NCBI GenBank assembly: GCA_963775125.1
Contig: CAVZHQ010000007.1
Span: 278,412-342,411 of the forward strand
Direction of reading: 5' to 3'
Source of the DNA: an uncultured Acidimicrobiales bacterium
GTDB taxonomy: Bacteria; Actinomycetota; Acidimicrobiia; Acidimicrobiales; SZUA-35
DNA length: 64,000 nt
Shown: in pieces, positions 9,560 through 21,403 of the stretch
How positions within the stretch are numbered: position 1 is the stretch's first letter
Layout of the letters: each line of letters begins with the position of its first letter
Translations under genes and position numbers: made by a program
The notes under the pieces: model-generated
What the model saw: only the letters and a program-made list of their open reading frames with translations
Database searches by the model: none
Told to the model about the DNA's origin: nothing

Positions 9560-10970
9560 TCAGGCCGAGACGAGGGCGCACGCCGACCGGGCGTCGGTGT
9601 CGGCGGCGATCAACCGATGGTTGCCCGTGTCGGCGACGAGGACGGTGCCGTCGGAGAGCACGGTGACGTCCTCGGGCCGCTGCAAGCCGGCCAGGCCGAG
9701 GGTCCGAATCCGCCGGCTCGCTGCGACACGAATGCGGTTGTTTCCGGTGTCGGCCACCAGGAGGCTGCCGTCCGGTCGGCAACAGAGTCCGGTCGGGCGT
9801 TGGAGGACGGCTCGATGGGCGGGCCCGTCCACCAGACCGTAGCGTTCGAACGTGTTGTGGGTGACGCTGACGACCTGGCCGGAGTCGGTCAACAGTCGAA
9901 GGTTGTTCGACGCAGCATCGACGAACGCCAAGCCGTGCTCGGTCCGGGTGATGCCGACCGGTTGCGCCAACTCGGCCCGGTACGCGGGTCCATCGACCAT
10001 GCCGGTGAAGCCGATCCCGGCCAGGACACCGAGACCCCCGTCGGGAAGGATTCTGACGATCTGTTCATCGATGGCGTCGCAGACCACGATGGACCCGTCC
10101 CGATCCTGGACGAGTCCTTGCGGCCGGCCGAGATCGTCGGCCAACACCTGCATCTCCGAGCCTCGCCGATCGACCGCAACCACCTGGCCGTGCTCGGGAA
10201 GCGAGATGGCGATGCCGTGATCGCCCCAGGCTGCGACTCGGCTCGGTCGATCGATGCCTTCGAAGCAGGCTTCGATTCGGAACCGGCGACGATCGGGTGA
10301 GAGCTCGAGCACCAGTACCCGATCGTTGCCGGTGTCGGCCACGGCGACACGGTCGTCGGGCAGGGCGGCCAGCCCGGACGGCCAGGCAAAGGTTCCTCTC
10401 GGATGCGTCGGGACGAGGCGGCAGATGGTCGTGGATCAAGCGGTCGTCGTGCACGGCCAATCCTTGGGACCGGCGGCGGGGATCAGCCGCGGCGCGAAGC
10501 ACCGCGACTTCGGTCGCTTCGATCAGGGCGTCGAGATCGTCGAGGCCGAGCAGCGCCCCGAGCGCTCGGCGGCGATGGTCGACCACGATGGCCGCCGGCC
10601 AACCACCCGGGTTGTAACGGGACCAGATCTGGAGGGACTGGTCGTGGACCACGGGCACGCCGATTCGGTGTCGGGCGACGGCATCGTGGGCGTAGTCGGG
10701 GTCCTGCTCGAAGGGGTAGCGCGGGGACAGGACCGCGATTGCCTGCAGGTGATCGCGATGGGTGGCGACCGTCCGGTTCAGGAGCTGTTCGATCTCCGCG
10801 AGGCGAGTCAGCGATGCCTCGCAGGTCGGCGACCAGAACACGAGCACCGACACCTGCCCGGACAGCTCGCCGTTGGGAATCGGCTGGGCGTTGATCCAGC
10901 CTTCGGAGATGAGGGGAGGGGCCTTGGGGCTCACCCCATTCTCATCGGCCGACGGCATCGGGGACATGAG
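9560..10970 (-). CDS. Thioredoxin-like domain plus NHL-repeat protein (NHLRC2/SOQ1-like architecture); frameshift near 10390; start approximate
   Basis: N-terminal redoxin fold (GWINAQP..LSGQVSVLVFWSPTC, VHSP-like VLSPRY, VVHDQSLQIWSRY..GWP), then repeats VADTGNDR, FVDAASNNLR, VADTGNNRIR and VADTGNHRL. Confidence 0.8.
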
Positions 10971-11074
10971 CCCTTCGGCCCACACGGCCGAGGATGGTTC
11001 CCGGCGGCCACTTCGGCTAGGTTCGCTGTGTTTCTCAGAGGCATCCGACGTTTGTACATGCAGGAGACCAAGCC

Positions 11075-12610
11075 GTGAAGGTTCCCTTGACCGTCAATGA
11101 CTTCCTCGACCGAGGTGTCGCCGTCTACCCCGATCGGGTGGCCATCGTGGACGAGCCCGACCAGCCGGCTCCCTCGCTCGGAGACATCACCTACGCCGAA
11201 TTGGGCGACATCCGCCGCCAGATGGGTGTGGCGATGGACGAGCTCGGCCTGCCGATGGGGGCGCGCGTCGCCATGGTTTCCCACAATTCGGCCCGGCTGC
11301 TCACGTCCTTCTTCGGCGTGAGCGGTAACGGGCGGGTCTTCGTGCCCATCAACTTCCGGCTGGGGAAAGCCGAGGTCGAGTACATCATCGAGCACTCCGG
11401 CGCCGCAGCGCTGCTCATCGACCCCGAGCTCGAAGCCGACCTCGCCGACGTTCAATGCGAACACAAATGGATCATGGGTCCCGAGTCCGATGCCTTCTGG
11501 TACGGACGCTCGGGAACGCCGACGCCATGGGTGCCGGACGAGGATGCAACAGCGTCCATCAACTACACCTCGGGCACCACCGCCCGACCCAAGGGGGTCG
11601 AACAGACGCACCGTGCTCGCTGGACCAACGCCGCGATCTTCGGATGGATGGCTGGGGTGTCGGACCGCGACGTCTACCTGCACACCCTGCCGATGTTCCA
11701 CTGCGACGGATGGGGCATGCTCTACACGGTCACCGCCATGGGCGTGAAGCACGTCGTGCTCCGCAAGGTCGACGGCGAAGAAATCCTCCGTCGGGTACAC
11801 GACCACGGCGTCACCCTCATGTGTGGTGCCCCGGCGGTCGTCGCCATGGTGCTCGAAGCCGCCGCCAAGTGGGAAGGCGAGATCCCCGGCCGTGGCACCG
11901 TACGCATCGTCGTGGCCGGTGCGCCGCCGCCCACCAAGACCATCGAGCGGGTCGAGACCGAGCTCGGGTGGGAGTTCATCCAGATCTACGGTCTGACCGA
12001 GACGGCGCCGCTGATCACCATGAACCGTTCGCGGTCGGAATGGGATGATCTGGACGCCGCGAGCCGTGCGCAGAAGCTCGGCCGGGCAGGCGCCCCGGTG
12101 GTGGGTATCGAGATGTCCGTCGACGGCGAGGGCGAGGTGCTTGCTCGGGGCAACCACATCCTGAAGAGCTATTGGGCTCAACCCGAGGCAACCGACGAGG
12201 CGCTCGCCGGAGGTTGGTTCCACACCGGCGACGGTGGTGTCATCGACGAGGAGGGCTATCTGTCGATCACCGACCGCAAGAAGGACGTCATCATCTCCGG
12301 TGGCGAGAATGTGTCCTCGATCGAAGTCGAAGACGCCATTTTCTCCCACCCCGACGTTGTCGAGGTTGCGGTCATCGGTGTTCCCCACGACAAGTGGGGT
12401 GAGACGGTGAAGGCGCTGGTGGTCACGGTTCCCGGCTCGTCGCTCACCGAGGCTGAAGTGATCGGCCACTGTCGTGAGCGGCTCACCCACTACAAGTGCC
12501 CGACGTCAGTCGAGTTTCGAGAGGAGCTGGCCCGGACGTCGACGGGAAAGCTCCAGAAGTTCAAACTCCGCGAGCCCTTCTGGGCCGGCAGGGAGAAGAT
12601 GGTCAACTGA
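11075..12610 (+). CDS. Acyl-CoA synthetase (AMP-binding, fatty-acid CoA ligase)
   Basis: YTSGTTARPKG, YGLTET, WFHTGD and DRKKDVIISGGEN; C-terminal GKLQK. Confidence 0.93.
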   Translation: MKVPLTVNDFLDRGVAVYPDRVAIVDEPDQPAPSLGDITYAELGDIRRQMGVAMDELGLPMGARVAMVSHNSARLLTSFFGVSGNGRVFVPINFRLGKAEVEYIIEHSGAAALLIDPELEADLADVQCEHKWIMGPESDAFWYGRSGTPTPWVPDEDATASINYTSGTTARPKGVEQTHRARWTNAAIFGWMAGVSDRDVYLHTLPMFHCDGWGMLYTVTAMGVKHVVLRKVDGEEILRRVHDHGVTLMCGAPAVVAMVLEAAAKWEGEIPGRGTVRIVVAGAPPPTKTIERVETELGWEFIQIYGLTETAPLITMNRSRSEWDDLDAASRAQKLGRAGAPVVGIEMSVDGEGEVLARGNHILKSYWAQPEATDEALAGGWFHTGDGGVIDEEGYLSITDRKKDVIISGGENVSSIEVEDAIFSHPDVVEVAVIGVPHDKWGETVKALVVTVPGSSLTEAEVIGHCRERLTHYKCPTSVEFREELARTSTGKLQKFKLREPFWAGREKMVN

Positions 12611-12642
12611 CGTCCGGTCGACCGCCAACTCGGTCGGCGGGG

Positions 12643-13104
12643 GTGCGTTCGTTGGCCGGCATGTCGGCCACCCTGATGGCCCTGGCGAGCGGCATCGGCG
12701 CGTGCAGCTCCGAACGCACTGCTGAGGACCTGGTCGCTGCCTACCAACGCGGTCATCCCGACGTCGACGATGCCGTTGCACGCTGCATCGTCGACTCGCT
12801 GACCCTGGTCTACTCCATCGGACAGATCGATGCCGAGTTGGCTCGGCCGGCCGTTTCCGACGACTTCGCCTGGGCCCAGTACCGATCCGAAGCGGTCTGC
12901 GGATCGACCGCCAATCTCGAGGCACAACTGACCGGCCTCTTGGTCGAGACCGGCCTCGACCGCAGCCAGGCCGAATGTGCTGCGGCCGCGCTCGCAGCGA
13001 ACATCCAGGACTCCGACCTGCTCGTCCTGCGTACCGGCGAGATGACCGATGCGTTCTACGCCCGCTACTTCGATGCACTCCGAACCTGTGAGGCCCTCCC
13101 TTGA
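12643..13104 (+). CDS. Putative lipoprotein with two Cys-containing helical repeats
   Basis: Hydrophobic leader ending IGAC (lipobox-like); repeats AVARCIVDSL and SQAECAAAAL. Confidence 0.6.
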   Translation: MRSLAGMSATLMALASGIGACSSERTAEDLVAAYQRGHPDVDDAVARCIVDSLTLVYSIGQIDAELARPAVSDDFAWAQYRSEAVCGSTANLEAQLTGLLVETGLDRSQAECAAAALAANIQDSDLLVLRTGEMTDAFYARYFDALRTCEALP

Positions 13105-14592
13105 TTGACCCTGCCCTGACCAACCCGTCCTTGCATCCGAATGGATTGGCGCAATGCGTCGACGCCGCGCTCGGCGAGGCCCACGTCTCCGATGCCTGGG
13201 CCCGTCTGGTCCCGGTGCTCGAGCGCTACATCGCCATCCCGGCGCTCTCGCCGGCGTTCGACCCGCAGTGGGCAGAGTCCGGCCAGATCGAGGCCGCCGT
13301 CGAGCTGGTCATGCACTGGATCGCTGATCGCCCGATCGTCGGCATGACCGCTCGGGTGCAGCGACTGGCTGGGCGAACGCCGCTGATCATCGTCGACATC
13401 GCGGCCTTCGGGACGCAACCACCTCCCGGTTCGGTGGGCGAGGAACCGTCGGACGATGGCGGGACGGTGCTCCTGTACGGTCACCTCGACAAACAGCCCG
13501 AGATGTCCGGTTGGCGCGAGGGTCTGGGCCCGTGGACTCCGGTCCGCATGGGTGACCGGCTCTACGGCCGTGGCGGCGCCGACGATGGTTACGCGGCCTT
13601 CGCCAGCCTGATCGCCATCGAAGCGGTCCAGGCAGCCGGGGGTAGGCACCGCCGGTGCGTGCTCCTGGTCGAGGCCTCCGAGGAATCGGGCAGCCCGGAC
13701 CTGCCGGCCCATGTCGAGCACCTGCTTGCCGACTCCGAAGCGATTGGTGAGGTCGGGTTGGTGCTCTGCCTCGACTCGGGCTGCGCCACCTACGACACGC
13801 TGTGGCTGACGACGTCGCTGCGAGGTGTGGTATCGGTGACCGTCGAGGTGCACGTGCTCAGTGAAGGCGTGCACAGCGGCTCGGCCAGCGGCGTGGTCCC
13901 CTCCTCGTTCCGTGTCCTGCGTCGGCTGCTCGATCGGCTGGAGGATTCCGAGACCGGTGAGGTGCTCCTCGGCGCCGCAACCGTGGTGGTCCCCGAGCAT
14001 CGGCGGGCGGAAGCGGCGGCGACGGCCGCGGTCCTCGGAGACGCCGAGAGGTTCCCGGTCGTCGACGGCCTCGAGCTCATGACCACCGATCCGGTGCACG
14101 CCCTCCTCGCCCGAACCTGGCACCCTGCGCTGTCCGTCACCGGAGCCGATGGGCTTCCTCCGACCGGCCGAGCCGGAAACGTGCTCCGACCATTCACCTC
14201 GCTCAAGTTGTCCCTCCGGATTCCGCCGACCGCCAACCCCGACGCGGTGATGGAGGAACTTCGGAACGTGCTCGGTCACGAGCCGCCATCGGGGGCCGAC
14301 GTGCGCATCACCGCCGGCGACGTTGCGTCGGGATGGAACGCTCCCGATCTCCAGCCGTGGTTGGCCGACGCCCTGTCGGCCGCGTCACAGGCACGCTTCG
14401 GACAGCCCATGCAACTGATGGGCGAAGGCGGCACGATCCCGTTCATGGGCATGCTGGGGGAGCGATTCCCCAATGCGCAGTTCGTCATCACCGGTGTGCT
14501 CGGCCCCGACTCGAACGCCCATGGTCCCAACGAGTTCCTCGACCTGGCCTACGCCGAGCAGCTCACCCGATGCCTGGCCGACGTGCTCACCG

Positions 14593-14603
<11 letters not shown>
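13101..14603 (+). CDS. M20/M25/M40 family metallopeptidase
   Basis: [26 protein letters not shown] and NAHGPNE metal-binding motifs. Confidence 0.9.
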
Positions 14604-16233
<1,630 letters not shown>

Positions 16234-16259
16234 GTGCTCACGCTATAGGCCCGAGCCGC

Positions 16260-17175
16260 TCAGTCGAGGCCCTTCACCGAACCGGGGCGCAGGACGAGCG
16301 AGAACCCCGCAGCCGCGGTGAACAGCCCCGCGAGAGCGAGCAACAGCGTCGACTGGAGCCCGGTGACCGGCAGGGTCGGGCCGGCAGGGTCCGGGATGGG
16401 GCAGGTGCCGTCGGCGTTGGGGGCGAGGGCGTTTCCGGCCGCGTCGGTCCCGCACGGAGTTGCTGGAGTCGGTATCGGTCGAGGTGCGGTGGGGGCGGGG
16501 CTGGGGCAGGTGCCGTCGGGGTTGGGCGTGACGGGGTTGCCGGCCGCGGTGGTGCCGCACGTCGTTGGAGGCGGCAGTGTGGGTCCTGCGGGTGCGGGCG
16601 CGGGGCAGGTGCCGTCGGCGTTGGGCGTGACGGGGTTGCCGGCCGCATCGGGTGGGCAGACGACCGTGCTCCCCGTGGCGGGCCAACACAGCGTGATGCC
16701 GGTCGCCCAGACACTCATTGCCGCTCCGGTGGAGGGCAGGTCGGGCCGGTGCACCGCCCGGATGCCGGTGGCCGGGCGTGACAGGCTGACATCAGGGAGC
16801 GATCCGGTCCAGCTCTGATCGTCTTCGCCATCGGGGACGTCGACCGTGGGCGCCGAAGTCGCAACGACGTTGCCGTCAGCGTCGACGAACTGAAGTTGCC
16901 ACTTCTCGCTGGGCTGGTTGAGTACCTCGCTGCGGCCCTCGTAGAAATCGCGGGCACCGGCGGTGGGAATGGAGACCACGCCCGCCGGTATGGCGATCGC
17001 GAACACCGGCGACTGGCTGGGGCCGTTGATGAAGAAGTGTTGATTGATCTCCTGGGTCACACACGTCGGTGGGGCGCTGGTCTGCGCCGCTACCGAGGCA
17101 CCGGCCGTCACCAGGGCTGCGCCGGTGACGATTCCGCCTGTCAGCGCGGCGTACGAATTTCGATCTGCTCCACAT
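16260..17175 (-). CDS. LPxTG-type cell-surface protein with three Cys-bracketed repeats; frameshift near 17150
   Basis: GGAG followed by ATG (MWSRSKFVR), shifting into the signal peptide ALTGGIVTGAALVTAGASVAAQ. Ends LPVTG, a hydrophobic helix and a short tail with R/K. Confidence 0.78.
16380..16660. repeat. Three intragenic repeats encoding C-x2-(D/T)AAGNxxxPNxDGTCP
   Basis: GGGGCAGGTGCCGTCGG(C/G)GTTGGG occurs at about 16400, 16503 and 16602. Confidence 0.9.
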
Positions 17176-17400
17176 GTGGTCTCCGAACCAATCGCCTCAA
17201 ATGCAACGCGCCAACTGAGCCGGCACGGCGCTAAGTATGGCCCGCTCGCAGAGACGAATGGGGCACGGTCGAGGAGAAATCGCGGCCGCGCCGACGATCC
17301 CCGGTGAACCGTCCCGCTCGGTGTTCTCCAGCCCACGTGACGTGGTCTTGGCCCGCGAAAAGGGGTCGATTTCAGGATTCGGATTTCCGGGAGGTGCGTC

Positions 17401-18072
17401 TCAGCCGGTCGGGCGGGTCGACGACTCGACGTCGACGAGCTGGTTCCAGAGTGCATCGACTTCGGTGCGCAGGTCGTCGAGGTCGCCACTGTTGTCGATG
17501 ATGCGGTGGGCCACGGCTCGCCGCTGTGCATCGGTGGCCTGGCTGGCCATCCGAGCCCGAGCGTCGTCGGCCGTCATACCCCGTTGGGCCAGTCGTTCGA
17601 TCCGTAGATCGACGGTCGACTCGACGACGACGACCAGGTGATAGGAGTTCTGACCCAGCGTCGATTCGACCAGTACGGCGAGGTCCAACACGACGATCGC
17701 GTGAGCGGGCGCTTCGGCGACGCGACCGACGATGAGCCGGTCGATCGCCGGATGGGTGATGGCATTGAGGTCCACCAACGCCGAGGCGTCGTTGAACACG
17801 ATGGCGGCCAGCGCGGCGCGGTCGAGTTGGTCGTCGCCGGTCCGGATCGTCGGACCGAACCGCTCGAAGAGCGGCTCGAGGGCAGGGCCCCCCGGCGCAA
17901 CCACATCACGACCGAGCTGATCGCAATCGACGATGATGGCGCCGGCCTCGGCCAGCCGAGCGCAGACCGTGCTCTTGCCGACTCCGGTGCCGCCGGTGAG
18001 TCCGACCACGAGCGGCTCGGGCCCGTGGTTCGAACCAGGGGCGCGTGCGCGCTCTGAGAGTGGCCAGGTCAA
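17401..18072 (-). CDS. coaE: Dephospho-CoA kinase
   Basis: VVGLTGGTGVGKST, IVDCDQLGRDVV, LDRAALAAIVF, ITHPAI and ARMASQ. Confidence 0.93.
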   Translation of the reverse strand: MTWPLSERARAPGSNHGPEPLVVGLTGGTGVGKSTVCARLAEAGAIIVDCDQLGRDVVAPGGPALEPLFERFGPTIRTGDDQLDRAALAAIVFNDASALVDLNAITHPAIDRLIVGRVAEAPAHAIVVLDLAVLVESTLGQNSYHLVVVVESTVDLRIERLAQRGMTADDARARMASQATDAQRRAVAHRIIDNSGDLDDLRTEVDALWNQLVDVESSTRPTG

Positions 18073-18138
18073 TGGGGGCGATCACCGCGGCACCCTAGCG
18101 GGTGCGGAGCTCACCCGGTGAAGGGTGCCGGGTTCGGC

Positions 18139-18486
18139 TCAGGTGTCGGACGGTTTCCAGCCGAACCCGTCACCGTCGGGGGCGGGCAGCTCGGTGGCTG
18201 CCTGCGTTCCCTTCTCGGTGAGCGAGAAGAGCCGCCGGGGCGGTCCTCCCGAGCCAGTGTTGTCCGGAGCCCACCACGACTGCACCAGACCGCGCTCTTG
18301 GAGCCGGTCCAAACATCGGTACAACGTGGAATAGGCCATGACCCGCTGTGCGCTTGGCTGCTTCTTGAGCTGCCCAGCAAGCAGGTACCCGTGAAATTCT
18401 TTTGTGCCTGTCTGATGGAGGGCGAGAGCTGCCGCCAAGGTCCGCTCTTCATTCGGCACGAGATGATTCTCGCTACGCCTTCTCAT
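18139..18486 (-). CDS. PadR-family transcriptional regulator
   Basis: FHGYLL, STLYRCLDRLQERGLVQSWW and GPPRRLFSLTEKG. Confidence 0.85.
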   Translation of the reverse strand: MRRRSENHLVPNEERTLAAALALHQTGTKEFHGYLLAGQLKKQPSAQRVMAYSTLYRCLDRLQERGLVQSWWAPDNTGSGGPPRRLFSLTEKGTQAATELPAPDGDGFGWKPSDT

Positions 18487-18543
18487 GAAGAAATGACGCT
18501 ACCGCACCACTGTGGCAATCGGGTGGATAGTCGCGTGGGTGAT

Positions 18544-19659
18544 TTACCTGAACTCGTAGCGAAGTTGGTGTCGATCGACCCGGACGTCTGCCTCGCCGAG
18601 GAACTTGAGATGTTCCAGGTGGGCGTAGGTTTCGCTCTCGGCCATGGGTCCCCAGGAACGAGGCTGAAAGAGTTCTTTCATATAGTCACTGACGGTGCCA
18701 GGGCCGAGGCGTCCGGACGCCTGGCGTAGCGTTTCGAGTCGTTCGTGGTGGTGTTCCTTGATCGACTGAGCTCTGCCGGCCAGGTCCACGAATTCGAGAC
18801 CGTGGGCCGGAAGGACCGTTCGAACCCCGGAAAATGTCGACATTCGGTCGAGGCTCCGGAAGAAGTCTTCGAGCGGATCGACGGTCGCGCCCAGCCCGGA
18901 GATGTGGGGAGTGATGGTGGGCAGCACATGATCGCCGGTGATCATGACGCCGTCGGAGGGATCCCAGAGGCACAGATGGTCGATGGTGTGGCCCGGCGTG
19001 TGGACCGAGACCCACTCCCGTCCCCCCAGCGAGAGTACCTGGGCATCCTCGACCCGGACGGTTGGTGCGGGTGTCGCCATGAACTTCCCCGCGGCCTTGC
19101 GCATCAGCCGGAACTTGATCTTCCGGGTGAGCGGCATGTCGTAGGGCTTGCCGCCCCAAGGGGTTGCATCGATGAGCGGGCCGTCGAGACTCTTGGGCCC
19201 ACCGTCGATGGTCGATGCCCGACGATGCGACGAGCCGCACGCCGCGTCGAGCACGGTGACGGCTTCCTCGTCGTCGGCCTCCGCGGTCGGGTCGAGAAAC
19301 GTTCGAAAGGCACGGTGGGTGAGCACGTCGGCGCCGATGTGTCGCTTCAGGAACGCGGCCTGACCGAAGTGGTCGGGATGGGAGTGGGTGACGACAACGG
19401 TGTGCACCCGTTTCAGCGGTAGGCCGATGCTGTCGAGCTTCTTCTTGAGGGCGTGGCGGGCCCGCGGCCCCGGCATCCCGGGGTCGATGAGCACGACGCC
19501 ACGGCTGTCCTCCATGACGTAGCAGTTGACGTGGCCCAACCCGGGGAAGTCGATGGGGAGCTGCACCCGCAGGATGCCCGGCGCCATCTCGTCGACCGAG
19601 TCGAGGGCGGGTCTGCGTTCTTCCCGAAGAGGTGGCGAGATCGGCGTCTCGCCGCTCAC
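18544..19659 (-). CDS. MBL-fold metallo-hydrolase
   Basis: GHVNCY, THSHPDHFG (HxHxDH), HTPGHT, GDHVLP and PAHG. GTG start overlaps the upstream TGA (GTGA). Confidence 0.9.
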   Translation of the reverse strand: MSGETPISPPLREERRPALDSVDEMAPGILRVQLPIDFPGLGHVNCYVMEDSRGVVLIDPGMPGPRARHALKKKLDSIGLPLKRVHTVVVTHSHPDHFGQAAFLKRHIGADVLTHRAFRTFLDPTAEADDEEAVTVLDAACGSSHRRASTIDGGPKSLDGPLIDATPWGGKPYDMPLTRKIKFRLMRKAAGKFMATPAPTVRVEDAQVLSLGGREWVSVHTPGHTIDHLCLWDPSDGVMITGDHVLPTITPHISGLGATVDPLEDFFRSLDRMSTFSGVRTVLPAHGLEFVDLAGRAQSIKEHHHERLETLRQASGRLGPGTVSDYMKELFQPRSWGPMAESETYAHLEHLKFLGEADVRVDRHQLRYEFR

Positions 19660-20763
19660 GGGCGGACCTCGTAGTAGAGGTTGGCGGCGTCCTCGAAGTC
19701 GTGGGTGACGAAGGCGTCGAAGCCTGCCTCCTGCACCAGTTCTTCCGCTCGGTGAGGATGCAGACCCAGGGTGCCGAGGCCCAGTCCGTCCGGTTCGGAC
19801 ATCGCCGACTGCAAGCAGGACATGACCGAGAATCCGTAGAACATCGCAAGGAACGGATTGCGTCGGTCCTGATCCCAGTCGCCCGAGGAACGGATGTCCT
19901 TGATCAGCCACGTTCCGTCCGGTGCGATGGCCTGACGCACCGCGGCCGCGGTGCGTTCCGGATGCGCCATGTCGTGGAGGCAGTCGAAGGTGATCGCCAG
20001 GTCGACGTCGGCCGTGGGCGGCAGGTCCTCGCCGCCGGCGACCACGAACTCGACGTTGGTGAGCCCTTTGGCATCGATGAGCTCTCGGGCCAGGGCGATG
20101 GCCTCCCTGCTGGGGTCGTAGCCGACGCATCGGGTGTTCGGGTAGGCCGAGGCAATCGTGGCCAGTGTGACGCCGCCGCCGCAGCCGATGTCGACGACCG
20201 TTGCGCCGGACTCGAGTTTGGAGACCACGCCGTCGAGGCCTGGGCAGAATGACCGTGGTCAGGGCGAGACGGGACCACGGCCCGGTCATTCGGGCGAGGC
20301 CGACGGCCGCGGCCCTTCCTTGCTGCTCGTAGGTGACGCCGATACCGGTGCGGAACGAGTCGACGATGCGATCGATCACCTCGGGTGCCGTGCCGCCACG
20401 GAAGGCTCCGGCTGCGAACGCCAAGGAATCCTCCTCGTCAGCGAGCACCTTCGCCGCGACGTCGGACAACTCGAAGGTGCGATCGTCGTGTCGGTCGATG
20501 AGCCCGGCCGCGGCCTGCCCGAGCAGCCACTCCCGAAGGAAGCGTTCGTGGCATCCGGTGATGGCGGCCAATTCGTGGCTGTCGATCGGCCCGAGACCGG
20601 CCATCGCCTTGTAGAGCCCGAGACGGTCACCGAGGTGAACGAGCATGGATACCTGCTCGCCCATCCGGTAGTTCCACACGCGGAAGCTGAACTTCTTGAG
20701 ATCGTCCGATGAGACTTCGACTTCATCCAGGGAAGCTAGTGGAGGGCTGCGTCCGGCACCCAA
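19656..20763 (-). CDS. Class I SAM methyltransferase with N-terminal wHTH (Rv2258c-like); frameshift near 20240; start approximate
   Basis: HLGDRLGLYKAM and ERFLREWL in the first frame; VVDIGCGGG and FDCLHDMAHP in the 19656..20228 frame. Confidence 0.88.
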
Positions 20764-20772
20764 ACCCTGGGA

Positions 20773-21402
20773 TCAGGGTCGGCGGTGAACGAAGACCCGG
20801 TAGTCGATGCTCGCGGCGAGACCGTCGGCTCCGGAGGGTTGTCCGAGCAGGGTGCCGGGACTCGTCCGCCAGGAGTCCCATGTGGGATGGGTCTCGATGA
20901 GGTCGAGCCCAGCAGCCTCGCACCACCGGTGGTAGGAGGCGGCGCTCGGCCAGTCGGGGCGGAGCGAGAAGCCGGCGATGAGTACACCGCCCGGTCGGAC
21001 GTGGCCGGCGCACCGTGCGACGGCGTTGGGCTGATCGCTCTCGGCGACGAAGGGGATGACGTTGCCGGCCAGGACGACGACGTCGAATGTCTCGCCGAGA
21101 TCGAGGTCGGCGAGGTCGGCGTTGACCCAGCGGACGTGGGGAGCGGCGAGTGCCGCTCGGGCCAGGAGGTCCGGGTCGAGATCGACGCCGACGACCTCGG
21201 CGCCTCGACGGGCCAGTTCGATGCCGATCCGACCCATGCCACAGCCGGCATCGAGCACGGTGGCCGGCTCGAAGCGGGAGACGAAGTCGGCTTCACCGAA
21301 GATGTCGTGGCCGTCCTCGGCCAGACGGCTCCACCGGGTCTCGTATTCGTCGAGGTCGACCTCGGTCCGCCACCGCTTCCACCGATCCGAGACGGGAGCC
21401 AC
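20773..21402 (-). CDS. Class I SAM-dependent methyltransferase
   Basis: DIFGEADFV, VLDAGCGMGR, VGVDLD and FDVVVLAGNV. Confidence 0.88.
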   Translation of the reverse strand: MAPVSDRWKRWRTEVDLDEYETRWSRLAEDGHDIFGEADFVSRFEPATVLDAGCGMGRIGIELARRGAEVVGVDLDPDLLARAALAAPHVRWVNADLADLDLGETFDVVVLAGNVIPFVAESDQPNAVARCAGHVRPGGVLIAGFSLRPDWPSAASYHRWCEAAGLDLIETHPTWDSWRTSPGTLLGQPSGADGLAASIDYRVFVHRRP

Positions 21403-21403
21403 G

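Noticed and set aside
17176-17400. Possible c-di-AMP or c-di-GMP riboswitch upstream of the LPxTG gene
   Set aside because: Only a short GAATCC-like match; I could not find the remaining conserved elements. An Rfam scan would settle it.
18027-18036. GGTTCGAACC resembling a tRNA T-loop
   Set aside because: It lies within the 5' end of coaE, and no cloverleaf or acceptor stem can be built around it.
18544-20763. 739-aa methyltransferase-MBL fusion
   Set aside because: An indel near 20240 diverts the methyltransferase into the MBL frame. The true methyltransferase C-terminus ends at 19656 with a GTGA overlap.
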